64,000 bases of DNA from an uncultured Pseudomonadales bacterium (GTDB lineage Bacteria > Patescibacteriota > Microgenomatia > UBA1400 > PJMF01): the NCBI GenBank assembly GCA_964620965.1, contig CAZUHV010000001.1, forward strand, positions 85,839 through 149,838. The letters run 5' to 3'. Below the pieces are notes generated by a model. That model did no database searches. It worked only from the letters and a program-made list of their open reading frames with translations, and was not told where the DNA came from. This document shows positions 39,349 to 48,495 of this stretch, piece after piece; positions within the stretch are counted from its first letter, which is position 1; each line of letters opens with the position of its first letter. A program made the position numbers and the translations under genes.

Positions 39349-40083
39349 TTATGCTTTACTCATACTATTTATTGTTCGTGCAATACTTAGCCAATCACTT
39401 TTTTTTAATCCATACGCTACTGGGTGTGGGATTACAAAGAAATGAGTAGTACCTTTTCTGCAATGATATAGATTTTTATTTTTCCTAAACTTCTCAGAAA
39501 CAATATCACTCCATTTATCTAAATATGATAAAGAATAAAAAATTACTACCTTTGGATTATGTTTTTTTAGTAACTTTTTAAATAAATCAATTCTTATTGG
39601 CATTACATGCTCTAAATATGTTTTTCTTGTTTCTAAATAATCAATCTTAAATTGGTCATAAAACCAATCTTTTTTTCTGACTGACTTACAAGGAAGTGGC
39701 ATGAACTCTAAAACACAGTGATCACTATGTGATCTAGCAAAGTTATTTCGTTGATATTGTTTTATTACATCTAGACTAACTTCTTCACTTGAATACAACA
39801 TAAGTAATATGAGAATAAGTTTTGACCAGGTTCTCTGACTTGGAGCATCTGGTAAAAACCATTTAATGTGATCAGGGACATGCTTCATATCAGATTTGAT
39901 ATCTATGACAGATTTATCTTTGGTCTTAGTAAACCTTTTTTCTAAATCTGATAGGCTGCCATCAAAACCTTCCTCCATACCAACAAACCAAGTATCAGAG
40001 TCAAGATTCCCATACCCCCAGTAGTTTTTTATTCTATTTTCGATTAATTCTTTATTTAACATACCTAATGCTTGATTATACAT
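39349..40083 (-). CDS. Hypothetical, uracil-DNA-glycosylase-superfamily-like protein
   Basis: GYGNLDSDTWFVGMEEG (motif-A-like), PKVVIF, FVIPHP (motif-B-like). Confidence 0.5.
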   Translation of the reverse strand: MYNQALGMLNKELIENRIKNYWGYGNLDSDTWFVGMEEGFDGSLSDLEKRFTKTKDKSVIDIKSDMKHVPDHIKWFLPDAPSQRTWSKLILILLMLYSSEEVSLDVIKQYQRNNFARSHSDHCVLEFMPLPCKSVRKKDWFYDQFKIDYLETRKTYLEHVMPIRIDLFKKLLKKHNPKVVIFYSLSYLDKWSDIVSEKFRKNKNLYHCRKGTTHFFVIPHPVAYGLKKSDWLSIARTINSMSKA

Positions 40084-40262
40084 TGATTTAAACTTAAGAT
40101 TACTCTATTAAAAAACTGCCCCTACCGTCTAGGACAAAAATAAGATACTTTCCCAGATACGAATCAAAATATTCTTTACCTCTATTCCCTTATATAATAA
40201 GGGGAGGGAATGATACAATACCTCACAATACAGAAAATAGCCTGCCCATAGTAAATAACACT

Positions 40263-41030
40263 ATGGATACCATAACTCCTAAACAATTAGAAATCCTCAT
40301 ACTAATATATCGTTTCCGTTTCCTTAATCGTCACCAAATCCAAATACTCCTTAATCATAAAGACCCCAAACGAATAAACTCCTGGCTTAAAGATCTCAAT
40401 CAAAAAAATATCCTCGGTAGAATCTACTCAACTAAACTCAAAGAAAATACCAAACCAGCGATATACTACCTAGCTACCAAATCAAGAAAAATACTTCTTG
40501 AACAAGAAAATACTAACGAGAAAATTTTAAGAAGAGCCTACAGGGACAAAAATGCTTCTCAAAAATTAATAAATCACAGCATCTTTCTAGCCAATGTCTA
40601 TTTATTACTTAAAGAACAAGCCCTCAAAAACAAACAAGAACTTCATTTTTATACAAAAACTGATTTAGCAGAACACTACTACCTGCCATATAACCGACCA
40701 GATGTGTATATTTCCCTGAAAGGGAATGACTTAACAAAGCGTTATTTCCTAGAAATCATTGACAAAGGTACACCACGCTTTATGCTTCGAAAGAAAATCT
40801 CTCAATACATTGAGTACTTTGACGAAGGAACCTGGCAAAATAGGACGTTACATGAAAAACCATCACTTTTATTTATCTCTCCAAATCAAAATATCTACAA
40901 CTTCCTCACCAAACATATTGCTCAAGTTTTGGAGGAGGAGACTTCAGACTTACAATTTTTCCTAAGTCTGAAGTCAGAGATACAAGAAGCTGGCTTAACT
41001 GCCAACACTTGGCACCTCATCAGCGAGTAA
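40263..41030 (+). CDS. Replication-relaxation (MOBC-like) relaxase
   Basis: N-terminal wHTH (RFRFLNRHQI), H in LINHSI, PD...E.I.D nuclease-like motif RPDVY...FLEIID. Confidence 0.8.
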   Translation: MDTITPKQLEILILIYRFRFLNRHQIQILLNHKDPKRINSWLKDLNQKNILGRIYSTKLKENTKPAIYYLATKSRKILLEQENTNEKILRRAYRDKNASQKLINHSIFLANVYLLLKEQALKNKQELHFYTKTDLAEHYYLPYNRPDVYISLKGNDLTKRYFLEIIDKGTPRFMLRKKISQYIEYFDEGTWQNRTLHEKPSLLFISPNQNIYNFLTKHIAQVLEEETSDLQFFLSLKSEIQEAGLTANTWHLISE

Positions 41031-41780
41031 TACCGCCAGCACTTTTTCAACTGTTCCCATCGCCTTAGTTATGGCAATGAGTGGATCATCTGAATAGTGG
41101 CTAATATAGCTCCAAGCTTTCCCGCTAGAATCTCCCATGCCGTACAAGTCCATCAATACTGCAGATGTAAACTCGGCTACTGTTTCTTGTGTCTTGTTTT
41201 GTCCTTGCTTTAGCTCTCCATCTATTCGCGCGTGTATCGCATGGGCTAATTCATGAAAAAATACTCCTGCATCGTGTGTACCAAGTCTGATTTTGCTACC
41301 ATCAGTTTGACAATCACCAAGCTTATCAGGACTAATAGGTGCATACTCAACATCTATACCAAATTTTTTAGCCACATCTAGCAACGGAGGATATTCTACT
41401 GGCTCGTAGGTTGATACCATTTCATCACCCTCAGTGCATGAAGCTGCAAATACTGGAATAGGAGCAAACCCAACACAAATATTTTTTGTATCCTCTTCGT
41501 TTTCCTGATCAACCTTTGCGAGCTTGGGTCTGAGTATATACACTGCTTTACTACCTTTTTTGACCGTTCTGCCTTCTTTTTGCCACTGTTTATACCCTCG
41601 GCAATCAAGCTCATCTGACTGTAAAAAGGCTAGCACTTTATTTGATAAACTCCACTTATTAACTGGAGCATCACTAGCAACTTGAATGCGAGCTATTCTT
41701 GTCACAGTTGATAAGTCTCCAGTTTGAAATTTTTCTATTACTTTGTTGATGCTTGCCTGTGCTTTTGCTGATAGTTTCAT
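40995..41780 (-). CDS. ardC: ArdC-like antirestriction protein (ssDNA-binding + zincin)
   Basis: WS..N, RGYKQWQKEGRTVKKGSKA, HELAH, E.VAE. Confidence 0.75.
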   Translation of the reverse strand: MKLSAKAQASINKVIEKFQTGDLSTVTRIARIQVASDAPVNKWSLSNKVLAFLQSDELDCRGYKQWQKEGRTVKKGSKAVYILRPKLAKVDQENEEDTKNICVGFAPIPVFAASCTEGDEMVSTYEPVEYPPLLDVAKKFGIDVEYAPISPDKLGDCQTDGSKIRLGTHDAGVFFHELAHAIHARIDGELKQGQNKTQETVAEFTSAVLMDLYGMGDSSGKAWSYISHYSDDPLIAITKAMGTVEKVLAVLLADEVPSVGS

Positions 41781-41806
41781 TTTTTCCCCCTTTAAAATTT
41801 TTTAAT

Positions 41807-41930
41807 TGGAAGCAGGTTAGCCTGCTTCCATTACATGGAGCTTTAAAAGCGGGGTGAGTTTTGCAAGGGTCCCGACTTTCAGTCGAGACTTGCTATAGCC
41901 CTTGCAAAATGAGGGGTAAGACCCCTAATA
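41807..41930 (-). promoter_or_regulatory. Frpo/ssi-like single-stranded promoter hairpin upstream of ardC
   Basis: TTTTGCAAGGG...CCCTTGCAAAA (41859-41909) with inner CGACT/AGTCG; TGGAAGCAGG/CCTGCTTCCA (41807-41830); AGGGGT/ACCCCT (41912-41926). Confidence 0.6.
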
Positions 41931-41952
41931 ACTACAGTCGTATAATTGAGAT

Positions 41953-42495
41953 ATGAAACAAAACACTAAACTTCCAAAAAACTATCCAACAAGTATCACT
42001 GAAGCATATGACTTAATTGTCAAAGCATTGCTTTCTGAAGATAAAGAACTAATAGCTAAAACCTGGAAATTCATTAATGAGGCAGAAGGTGATTGGGTTT
42101 GGGTAAGAGCAAAATTAATTACCGATTGTTATGAAGCTGCAGATGCAAAAGGAAGGGAAGAGTTTTGCTTGCTTGCATTAAGTGAGCATGTTAAAAATGG
42201 TCGAGCTTTGCCTCTAGCTGAGTTATTTACTGATCCCGATACAAACATTGATTATCTCGAATATCTAATGGGAGATATGACAATTTATCGACTGCCAATT
42301 GCAACTCCTGAGATAGGTAAATATGAATATCAAAAGGCATTAGAAAAAAAGTTTCTTGGAGATTTTATCGAAACACATTCTGTAGATGAAGTTACATACA
42401 CTCCACTAGATACTCAAGAGAAAATTGATGCATACAATAGCGGTGAGTATTATGAAAAGTTTGTGTATGGTAAAAGAAGAAAAAAGAAAAAATGA
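41953..42495 (+). CDS. Hypothetical protein
   Basis: 180-aa ORF with TATAAT just upstream; basic C-terminal tail. Confidence 0.7.
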   Translation: MKQNTKLPKNYPTSITEAYDLIVKALLSEDKELIAKTWKFINEAEGDWVWVRAKLITDCYEAADAKGREEFCLLALSEHVKNGRALPLAELFTDPDTNIDYLEYLMGDMTIYRLPIATPEIGKYEYQKALEKKFLGDFIETHSVDEVTYTPLDTQEKIDAYNSGEYYEKFVYGKRRKKKK

Positions 42496-42535
42496 CGAAT
42501 TGCTCTGAGAAACTCTCAAAGCAATTAGGTATTAA
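42496..42535 (+). repeat. 40-bp direct repeat, copy 1 (hairpin-forming)
   Basis: CGAATTGCTCTGAGAAACTCTCAAAGCAATTAGGTATTAA; 39/40 identical to 48161-48200. Confidence 0.92.
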
Positions 42536-42592
42536 CTTTTACAGTCTAAAAATGTTTTTCTGCTGAAAGGTGAGTATTTTATAATTGAAGAA

Positions 42593-43090
42593 CTATTCTT
42601 CATTTAAAATCATTTCCATTAAGTACTGATCATAAAAACGATCGTCAATCTTAACTGCCATCTTTAGCTCACCTACTTTTTCAAAACCCACTGATTCATA
42701 TAAATTTAATGCTGAAATTTGGGTTGCTATAACTCCCAATTGTATTTTTTTTATCTCTGGCTTAGATTTTATCTCTTCAATAACAGTCAACAATAGTTTT
42801 TTCCCAATTCCTTTTCCTCTACATTCTGGGCTCACATAAACACGTACTATGTTTGCAATATGTGCCAATTTTTTCTTTTCCTCACAATAAAAACCAGCCA
42901 TACCGACAAGTTTTTCATCATCAGTAATTGCAAAAAACATATTTTTTATCCTGTCTTGCCACTCAGAATCTTCTTTTGAACTTATTTCTTCTTTGCTCCA
43001 CAAAAATGCTTGTGGTGAATTAGCAATGGACTCCATATAGAGATTTTTATAATCGAGCCATCTTGAAATTGGTAATTTAGTAATTTTCAT
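42593..43090 (-). CDS. GNAT N-acetyltransferase
   Basis: VYVSPECRGKGIGKKL, ALNLYESVGF. Confidence 0.9.
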   Translation of the reverse strand: MKITKLPISRWLDYKNLYMESIANSPQAFLWSKEEISSKEDSEWQDRIKNMFFAITDDEKLVGMAGFYCEEKKKLAHIANIVRVYVSPECRGKGIGKKLLLTVIEEIKSKPEIKKIQLGVIATQISALNLYESVGFEKVGELKMAVKIDDRFYDQYLMEMILNEE

Positions 43091-43153
43091 TATTATTCAA
43101 ATTCTAACTGATTTTTACATTATTTCGCCACCATAAACAAGCTAAAAAATTAA

Positions 43154-44506
43154 CTATTTACTTCTGTAATATTCAAACATATCTTGATTCCAATCAGCGC
43201 TTATCAATGCCTCCCAGGCTGATTCTGCTTGACCAGGATGTTTAGTCTTCCAATCTGCTAACCAAGTTTGAATAATATATCTTTCATCCCTCTCAAGCAT
43301 TGCAGAAATTATTCTTCGTGCTAATAATTCTCTTGGTATCAATACACCTTGCAAGAGTAAGTTTGAAAATTCAATTTCTTCTAAACGACTTAAACCATTT
43401 GAATCAACCTTAACTGGAACTTCAACAAAAGTTTCATCATCAAGTCCTTTAATTGCACCTTTATTTGGAATACTCAATTGTAATTCTGCACCTGTATTAT
43501 TTTCCCTCGCATCAATATATGGGATAATATCCCACTCTGATCTATGCAACCCAAATGTTCTTGTAGCAGATTGAGAGGGACTAAAATTATTTACATTTTT
43601 AACAATGTTTGTTAACCACGAGAGATTCATATTATGTCCAATATCACCATCGAAACCTTGAGTAGGACCAAACCATTTCTCTTTAGTCTGAGGACTATCA
43701 GCATACCACCAAAATTCTGGCATAACACCTCTAACAGTATCTCCAACTGGAAAAAGACCATACCGCTTGTACATATCTAATGCTACCTTACTAATTTGAT
43801 AGTCCGCATGATGTGATACTGGGGTGTAAAATTTATAAAATGATTCTGCAGCAGTATTAATCCAATCGTCTAACATTGGATAAGCATTTTCTCCTTTATA
43901 AGTGAAATTTTTTAACCATATATTATGATTTATTCCAGCTACTTGTGAACTCACCAATCCAAAATCAGAAATACCTAATAAACCATATAACTTTTTTAAT
44001 TCATGATGTCCATGACAAATACCAATGGTATCAACTCCTGTAGCTTGATGAATAAGTCCACAGCCCTCTGGAACTGGATTTGCTGCCATAATCAATGTAG
44101 CATCTGGGCATCTATCTGCCATCGTTTCACCAACATCCATCATTAACTTAAGTTGTCTAAATGGTGTATTGATTCCTATACCTCTATAATATCCATGTTC
44201 TTCAAGTAAAGCTCTGTCTTGATCCATTGCATCTCTTCCACCAGCCAAAGCCGCTAAAATAACATAATCAACTGCTCCTCTCAACGGTTTTTCCCAAGAA
44301 GTTTCTGTTTGGAAAGTATAACCTGCATTCATTTCATCGTTATAAGATTGTGCAACTCTTGCAATAGCATTCAAACGTTCTTCATCTTTGTCCACTAAAA
44401 TAATGTTTGAATTATGTAACCCTGGTGTAATTATTAAATCTCTAATAATATCCAAAGAAAAAGTAGCACTTCCTGCGCCTATAACCTCAATATTGTTTCT
44501 TTTCAT
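43154..44506 (-). CDS. Glycoside hydrolase family 4 (NAD+/Mn2+-dependent alpha-glucosidase/galactosidase-like)
   Basis: IGAGS Rossmann motif, ANP, GICHG (Cys), GINH (His), VEVP. Confidence 0.85.
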   Translation of the reverse strand: MKRNNIEVIGAGSATFSLDIIRDLIITPGLHNSNIILVDKDEERLNAIARVAQSYNDEMNAGYTFQTETSWEKPLRGAVDYVILAALAGGRDAMDQDRALLEEHGYYRGIGINTPFRQLKLMMDVGETMADRCPDATLIMAANPVPEGCGLIHQATGVDTIGICHGHHELKKLYGLLGISDFGLVSSQVAGINHNIWLKNFTYKGENAYPMLDDWINTAAESFYKFYTPVSHHADYQISKVALDMYKRYGLFPVGDTVRGVMPEFWWYADSPQTKEKWFGPTQGFDGDIGHNMNLSWLTNIVKNVNNFSPSQSATRTFGLHRSEWDIIPYIDARENNTGAELQLSIPNKGAIKGLDDETFVEVPVKVDSNGLSRLEEIEFSNLLLQGVLIPRELLARRIISAMLERDERYIIQTWLADWKTKHPGQAESAWEALISADWNQDMFEYYRSK

Positions 44507-44598
44507 TTTTGTTCCCAATCAAATTGATTTGCGGATAATTATATCATAAGGTACAATTATATATCTAAATATATCATTAGAAGTTTTGAAAGCTAACA

Positions 44599-45495
44599 AT
44601 GCCAAATAAAAGTAAAGAACACCATATAGACCACAGACACTATGATAACCTGTTAACAGAGGGAAGAAGAATGTTATGGCATGACCCAATATGGAGACAA
44701 GGACCAGAAAGGGCATATTCTGTTACTTCAGAAGCAATTGATATTTTCTTAGAGTATTCTGACTCCTTAGAGGTACCTTATATGGAAATTGGTTCTGGAC
44801 CTTATTCTCCTTTGGGAGTGTCAACAGTTATGTATCTAAATGGCGTTGAAAGTACAATTGCATTAGACATAACACAAGCGGATCTCCAAAGATCAGCCGA
44901 AGCTTTATATGATTTGTTGGCAGCTTGTGCACTTGAACCAGATAAGTGGAATATGTCTGGAAAACCAAATGAAGAATTCTTACAAAGAATAAGACAATTT
45001 AACATTCCTGCATTAAAAAAAGGTGATTTACTCACCGGAGTTTCTAGTACAAATTTAAGTTATGTTTTAGGTAGCTTAGAAAATATGCCTTTAACTAATG
45101 AGCAAGTTTCTCTAGTTTCCTCAAGAGCAACTCTGGAACATATTTTAAATTTCAAACAAGGCATGCAAGAATTATTTAGAGTTATGCAACACGGTGGTGT
45201 AGCATTCCATTCCATTGATTTAGTTGACCATCGAGTTTACAGAGAACCTGAAAAATATAATATGTGGTCATTCCTCACTGAGGAGAAAAATCCTATTAAC
45301 AAATGGTGCAACCGTCTTAGAGCGGACGAAATCTTGAAAATTGCAGAGAATGTAGGATTTGAAACACATGTTATTAAAACAGGAAAAAATGAGATTCCTC
45401 CTGAAGTGCTAAACAACCTACACCCACATTATGCAAAGATGGATTTAGAGGATCTTAAGACTACTAATCTTGTATGTGTGTTTTACAAGAAATAG
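44599..45495 (+). CDS. Class I SAM-dependent methyltransferase
   Basis: MEIGSGP motif I, SRATLEHI, GGVAFHSIDL.DH. Confidence 0.75.
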   Translation: MPNKSKEHHIDHRHYDNLLTEGRRMLWHDPIWRQGPERAYSVTSEAIDIFLEYSDSLEVPYMEIGSGPYSPLGVSTVMYLNGVESTIALDITQADLQRSAEALYDLLAACALEPDKWNMSGKPNEEFLQRIRQFNIPALKKGDLLTGVSSTNLSYVLGSLENMPLTNEQVSLVSSRATLEHILNFKQGMQELFRVMQHGGVAFHSIDLVDHRVYREPEKYNMWSFLTEEKNPINKWCNRLRADEILKIAENVGFETHVIKTGKNEIPPEVLNNLHPHYAKMDLEDLKTTNLVCVFYKK

Positions 45496-45502
45496 TACAT
45501 CT

Positions 45503-46675
45503 ATGAATCCAAACGAATCGTTAATTTTAAGGCCAGCAATAAACAGAGAAATCACTAAAAGTAGAAAGTGGCTTGATGTCCCGAACCCTGATGTCTTGGG
45601 CATGGGTTTAGCAGATATGGATTTTCAAACAGCTCCTCCTGTGATTGAAGCAATTAAATTACGGGTTGAACATGGTATTTTTGGATATGACCAATTACCA
45701 GATTTTCTTTTTGAAACAATTATCAAAAGATTAGAATTATTACACAACTGGAAGGTTAAGCCAGAATGGATTCTTCTAACACCTGGAATTATTCCTAGCT
45801 TATATGCTACAAACAGAGCAATCGGAAGCTCTCATGATGATGTGATCACACTAGTACCTACTTACGGAGAAATAATGAATTCTGCTCTCAGAGCAAATCA
45901 AAATTTAATACAGGTTGAAATGAATTTTGATGGTAAAAACTGGGCAATAGATTTTGACAAGTTTGAAGAATCTATAACACCCAAGACGAAAGTTTTAAAT
46001 TTTTGCAACCCACATAATCCAATAGGTCATGTGTACAATGTCCAAGAACTAACTAAAATAGCAGAAATATGTAAAAGACATAACATAGTTATTTCTTCTG
46101 ACGAAGTCTATGCAGATTTAATATTAGATGAAAATAAAAGACATATTCCGATAGCTTCGATCGATGATCAAATAGCACAAAATACTATCACTCATTTATC
46201 AGCAAGTAAAACTTTTAATTTATCTGGATTAAGATTTTCATATACAATTATTCCCAATGAAGGTTTACGAGAAAAGTTTATTCAAAATACTTCAAGAATT
46301 TTACCTGGTGTTAACTTTTTAGGTGCAATAGCAACATTGGCAGCATATCAATATGGTGAAGAATGGAGAGGTGAACTGATAAATTATTTAAGAATCAATA
46401 GAGATTTAATCTATCAGTACTTTGATCCTATCCCCAATGTATCAGTTTCAAAAATTGAAGGAACATTTTTAGCATGGATAGACATAAGATCCTTAGGACT
46501 AAATAATCCCACTGATTTTTTCGCTACTCATGCTAAAGTACAGTTGCTTGATGGAAATGATTTTTCAGCACCAGGATTCATTAGGCTTAATTTTGGGTGT
46601 GAAACTAGCAAACTAGAACAAGCACTTATCAAAATTAAACAAGCAATTCTTACACATCAAGAGCGAATTCATTAA
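45503..46675 (+). CDS. MalY/PatB-family PLP-dependent C-S lyase
   Basis: ADMDF, CNPHNPIG, SDEVY, SASKTFNLSG (PLP Lys), EGTFLAW, RLNFG. Confidence 0.88.
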   Translation: MNPNESLILRPAINREITKSRKWLDVPNPDVLGMGLADMDFQTAPPVIEAIKLRVEHGIFGYDQLPDFLFETIIKRLELLHNWKVKPEWILLTPGIIPSLYATNRAIGSSHDDVITLVPTYGEIMNSALRANQNLIQVEMNFDGKNWAIDFDKFEESITPKTKVLNFCNPHNPIGHVYNVQELTKIAEICKRHNIVISSDEVYADLILDENKRHIPIASIDDQIAQNTITHLSASKTFNLSGLRFSYTIIPNEGLREKFIQNTSRILPGVNFLGAIATLAAYQYGEEWRGELINYLRINRDLIYQYFDPIPNVSVSKIEGTFLAWIDIRSLGLNNPTDFFATHAKVQLLDGNDFSAPGFIRLNFGCETSKLEQALIKIKQAILTHQERIH

Positions 46676-47072
46676 TATAATTTTTTAGAAAATCTAGAAA
46701 TGGATTTGTATAATCAATTTCTGCCAATAATGTTTTTACATTTTCTTGAGAAAAAAATTTCAGCTGTTTCCCTTCACCAAGCTTAATTTTATCTTTCTGA
46801 GTATCAACTCTAGCTTGAAAAATTAGTGCATCCCAGTCTTCATTAAAAGCTAATGAACCAACCCTTACCACATCTGAAGCAACAAGTGATGTCTCCTCAA
46901 AAACTTCTCTTTCTGCGGCATTTTCTGGTAGTTCACCTGGTTCAATACCACCACCTACTAAACTCCATTGGTTAGTCATTAATGGAGTATTTCCATCTCT
47001 AAGATGCAAAAGAAATTCACCATTTTGATTGATAATTATTATACCTACTCCAACTTTTTTATTTTTTTTCAT
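46650..47072 (-). CDS. NUDIX hydrolase
   Basis: GGGIEPGELPENAAEREVFEETSL. Confidence 0.88.
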   Translation of the reverse strand: MKKNKKVGVGIIIINQNGEFLLHLRDGNTPLMTNQWSLVGGGIEPGELPENAAEREVFEETSLVASDVVRVGSLAFNEDWDALIFQARVDTQKDKIKLGEGKQLKFFSQENVKTLLAEIDYTNPFLDFLKNYINEFALDV

Positions 47073-47119
47073 TCTGAATAATTATAACAAAATTTGACCT
47101 ATTATTTTTTTCTAAAAAA

Positions 47120-48064
47120 TTATTTACCACTTTTTTGAGATTGGATTGTCAATTTTATGCCTTCATTTATATCAACTTTAGGTGACCAACCCAATCTTTG
47201 ACCTGCCTTTTTGTTGTCTAAAACATTTCTTCTGACATCACCGGGCCTATCTGGACCAAAAATTGCTGGTTGTCCAGAGTTTAAAGCATTCTTAACAGCT
47301 TCAAATACCTCAAGATTTGATACCTCAACTCCAGAAGATATATTGAAGTAATCTGATTCTTTATGAATCATACTAAGCATTATTGCATCAACAAGATCAT
47401 GTACATAGAGATAATCTCTTGTATGTTTTCCGTCACCATTAATTATAGGAATTTCACCATTAAGCATTTTATTAATAAATATTGCTATAATACCTGCTTC
47501 TCCCTGAGAGTCTTGTCTAGGCCCATAAATATTTGCCAAACGTAAAGAAACCCAAATCATATTATATAAATTTCCAAAAAGCCTCATATAATATTCCCCT
47601 GATAATTTTGAAATATTATAAAAAGATGCTGGTTTTAAAATTTTTACATCTTCATCCGTAGGCAGCATTTCATCAGGTTGTTCACCATATAATGCACCTC
47701 CAGTGTTTGTATATATTATTCTTTCACCACCATTCTTCCTTGCTGCATCTAAAACATTAAACATCCCACGAACATTTACCTCCAAATCAAAACGAGGATC
47801 TTTCATTGAAGCTGGAACTTGATTTTGAGCCGCAGTGTGAACAACTACTTCAGGTTTAACTTTATCAAAAACTTTCTCTAAACTTTCCTCATCGCAAATA
47901 TCAACTTGATAAAACTTTGTACTATCATTTAAATTTTCGATTTTACCACTAACCAAATTATCAACAACAGTAACATTATAGCCCTCAGCTATACATCTAT
48001 CTTGAACATGAGATCCAATAAATCCAGCACCACCTGTTACTAAAATTTCCCGTCCTTTTTTCAT
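47120..48064 (-). CDS. NAD-dependent nucleotide-sugar epimerase/dehydratase (GalE-like)
   Basis: TGGAGFIGSH, TGGALYG, YNISK, NIYGPRQ; ATG at 48064 with AAGGGG SD. Confidence 0.88.
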   Translation of the reverse strand: MKKGREILVTGGAGFIGSHVQDRCIAEGYNVTVVDNLVSGKIENLNDSTKFYQVDICDEESLEKVFDKVKPEVVVHTAAQNQVPASMKDPRFDLEVNVRGMFNVLDAARKNGGERIIYTNTGGALYGEQPDEMLPTDEDVKILKPASFYNISKLSGEYYMRLFGNLYNMIWVSLRLANIYGPRQDSQGEAGIIAIFINKMLNGEIPIINGDGKHTRDYLYVHDLVDAIMLSMIHKESDYFNISSGVEVSNLEVFEAVKNALNSGQPAIFGPDRPGDVRRNVLDNKKAGQRLGWSPKVDINEGIKLTIQSQKSGK

Positions 48065-48160
48065 TTTGACCCCTTTATTATTAAAATGATATAAATTGTT
48101 ATAGAAAGCAATTGTAATCGAGTTATATAAGATAATCAAGACTAATACAATAAAAAATTT

Positions 48161-48200
48161 CGAATTGCTCTGAGAAACTCTCAAAGCAATTAAGTATTAA
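48161..48200 (+). repeat. 40-bp direct repeat, copy 2
   Basis: CGAATTGCTCTGAGAAACTCTCAAAGCAATTAAGTATTAA; contains the stop codon of the 48190-48495 gene. Confidence 0.92.
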
Positions 48201-48495
48201 AAATCAAATAATCATACAGAAACATAACTGCCCACAAACAAAAGATTGAGATAATCAAATAAGCAAGCTTTCTATTCCAACCCCGCTTCAACTGTGCCAA
48301 CGAGCCCAACAGAATTACTATCTCAAATGGATAAGTAATAAAATCACAGTAACTTCCACACCAATTCTTTTCTAAAATAACTACATCTGTTGCAAAGCTA
48401 TTTAAACCAAAACTTTGCTGCACATCTCTAACAATATGAAACACTGAGAAAAGTACTAACAAACCAAAAACATATTTGTATGCATTCTTTCTCAT
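48190..48495 (-). CDS. Small three-TM membrane protein
   Basis: 4-bp overlap with the DUF2779 gene; WCGSYC loop. Confidence 0.7.
   Translation of the reverse strand: MRKNAYKYVFGLLVLFSVFHIVRDVQQSFGLNSFATDVVILEKNWCGSYCDFITYPFEIVILLGSLAQLKRGWNRKLAYLIISIFCLWAVMFLYDYLIFNT

Noticed and set aside
48065-48184. Hydrophobic 40-aa N-terminal extension of the epimerase
   Set aside because: Runs through the direct repeat and AT-rich promoter DNA; the SD supports ATG 48064
42496-48200. Direct repeats as CRISPR, dif or attC sites
   Set aside because: Only two copies 5.6 kb apart and no cas genes; no XerD-arm TTATGTTAAA match and no RYYYAAC/GTTRRRY ends
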